The notes under the pieces were generated by a model. The model was not told where the DNA came from. It made no database searches and saw only the letters and a list, made by a program, of their open reading frames with translations. From positions 667 through 64,666 of the forward strand of contig JBGVNV010000106.1 of NCBI GenBank assembly GCA_045125955.1: DNA of 64,000 nucleotides. Direction: 5' to 3'. This stretch comes from Faecousia sp. (GTDB lineage Bacteria > Bacillota > Clostridia > Oscillospirales > Oscillospiraceae). Of this stretch, positions 63,040-64,000 are shown one piece after another (within the stretch, counting starts at the first letter, position 1; every line of letters starts with the position of its first letter). A program made the position numbers and the translations under genes.

Positions 63040-64000
63040 ATGATCACGGGGCAGATGAGCATCCATCCCCAGAATTCCGGAAAATGGCTGGATATGATGT
63101 TCGGGGAGCTTCGCAGGATGCACCCCTATGGGGACGAATTCGAGAAGGCCCTGGCCTTCTACATGGGCTGGCTGATGCATTACTGCGGCGATATGTACGG
63201 CCATCAGTATGTGAATATCTATGCCTACGGCTGGTTCCCCAGCATCGGTGAGATGTTCGAGCATACAAAGGCACTGATCATTTCCCCGGCGATGAAAGCG
63301 ATCATGGACTATCTACAGCGTCATCTGACCGAGGAGGAGCTGAATGCCTTTTATGAAAACCCCGATGTCGCCGCCCTTGCGAACCTGATCCTGGATGTCC
63401 GGAAGCTCCTCAACTGCGAGCCGCTGTTCCATGTGAAGGGTCTGGAGAAGTCCCTGAATGAGCAGTGGGCAAGGCTGGGAACGGAAGGCCGGAACTGCTT
63501 CAATCTGGAGTGTCCCATGATGGAAAACAGCCTTCAGATGGGCAAGCTGTGCCTGCTGGGAGCATGGGAGCTGAACCGTCTGTTTGAAACGCACATCGGA
63601 CCCGGCGCACCCTTCCAGGCATCGGACATCCGCTGGTCCCTTTCGGAGCTGGTGTTGGAGATCGTTCCGCTGGAAAATCGATTCCGGAATCACGATTTTA
63701 CCATCTTCCATGAGGTGGTGGCCGAGGACAGCGACGGTCAGCTCTATGCAGTCCACAAGCAGACGGTATGGTCCGGCGGCAAAATCAAAGGGCCCATCAG
63801 CGCGGAGCTGCGTCTGGCCGAGCCGCTGGAGGCAGACAAAATCGCCATGTGCAGAGTGTATTTCCTCAGAAATGCGGCAGGTCAGGACGCTCGGGAGAAG
63901 TATCTGCGATGCACCATGCGTCTGTATGATAAGACCACCGGACTGCTGCTGTTCACTGCAGAGCACCACATCCGCAATGTAAACGGAAGCTGCTACGAGC
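63040..64000 (+). CDS. hypothetical protein (possible zinc-dependent phospholipase C-like His motif), open to the window end
   Basis: Not in the ORF track because it has no stop in the window. The translation MITGQMSIHPQ...GWLMHYCGDMYGHQYVN... has native GC3-rich codon usage. No clear RBS, so the start is uncertain. Confidence 0.5.
   Translation, partial: MITGQMSIHPQNSGKWLDMMFGELRRMHPYGDEFEKALAFYMGWLMHYCGDMYGHQYVNIYAYGWFPSIGEMFEHTKALIISPAMKAIMDYLQRHLTEEELNAFYENPDVAALANLILDVRKLLNCEPLFHVKGLEKSLNEQWARLGTEGRNCFNLECPMMENSLQMGKLCLLGAWELNRLFETHIGPGAPFQASDIRWSLSELVLEIVPLENRFRNHDFTIFHEVVAEDSDGQLYAVHKQTVWSGGKIKGPISAELRLAEPLEADKIAMCRVYFLRNAAGQDAREKYLRCTMRLYDKTTGLLLFTAEHHIRNVNGSCYE

Noticed and set aside
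63313-63969. 218-aa minus-strand ORF and 63584..63982 plus-strand ORF listed in the track.
   Set aside because: A third frame (plus strand, from 63040) is open for 320 codons to the window edge with native GC3-rich codon usage and a more protein-like composition. It was missed by the track only because it lacks a stop.

Overview
High-GC (~60%) chromosomal segment from a spore-forming Clostridia-type Firmicute. By inference it is an Oscillospiraceae/Ruminococcaceae-like gut anaerobe, based on dpaA, spoIIGA-sigE, a GerM lipoprotein, SLH-like wall anchors, a bile-salt-hydrolase-family gene and a pullulanase. I call about 69 protein genes and one tRNA-Pro(CGG), plus several consensus sigma-A promoters, hairpin terminators and three MITE/REP-like palindromic elements. 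From 0 to 44 kb the content is mainly housekeeping: gltX, trpS, tagO/wecB-type wall genes, xth, a WalRK-like two-component system, dacB, udg, coaX, cysK, pepD, ald and mtaB. This stretch is punctuated by small low-GC single-gene islets: a lipoprotein at 19.2 kb, a PD-(D/E)XK-like protein at 33.7 kb and a histidine phosphatase at 37.6 kb. It also holds a standalone tRNA-Pro followed by an array of GATAT-core hairpins and a CatA-like acetyltransferase. The unusual part is 44.7-63 kb. It starts with a COG0523 metallochaperone carrying about 130 aa of tandem His/Cys-rich (CCCGH) repeats, paired with a COG0523-like::DUF1980 fusion. Next come a 7TM pseudo-kinase, a HisKA_3-type kinase and a LuxR-type regulator. 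After these is a near-gapless nine-gene operon encoding two aspartate-less receiver paralogues around a Cys-rich protein, an internally duplicated lipoprotein, a PspA-less YdjGHI-like SPFH/zinc-ribbon/TPM module with expanded zinc-ribbon arrays, and a large SLH-anchored surface protein. A second SLH giant follows, sharing a near-identical C-terminal anchor. All functional calls come from reading motifs in the translations; no database search was run.
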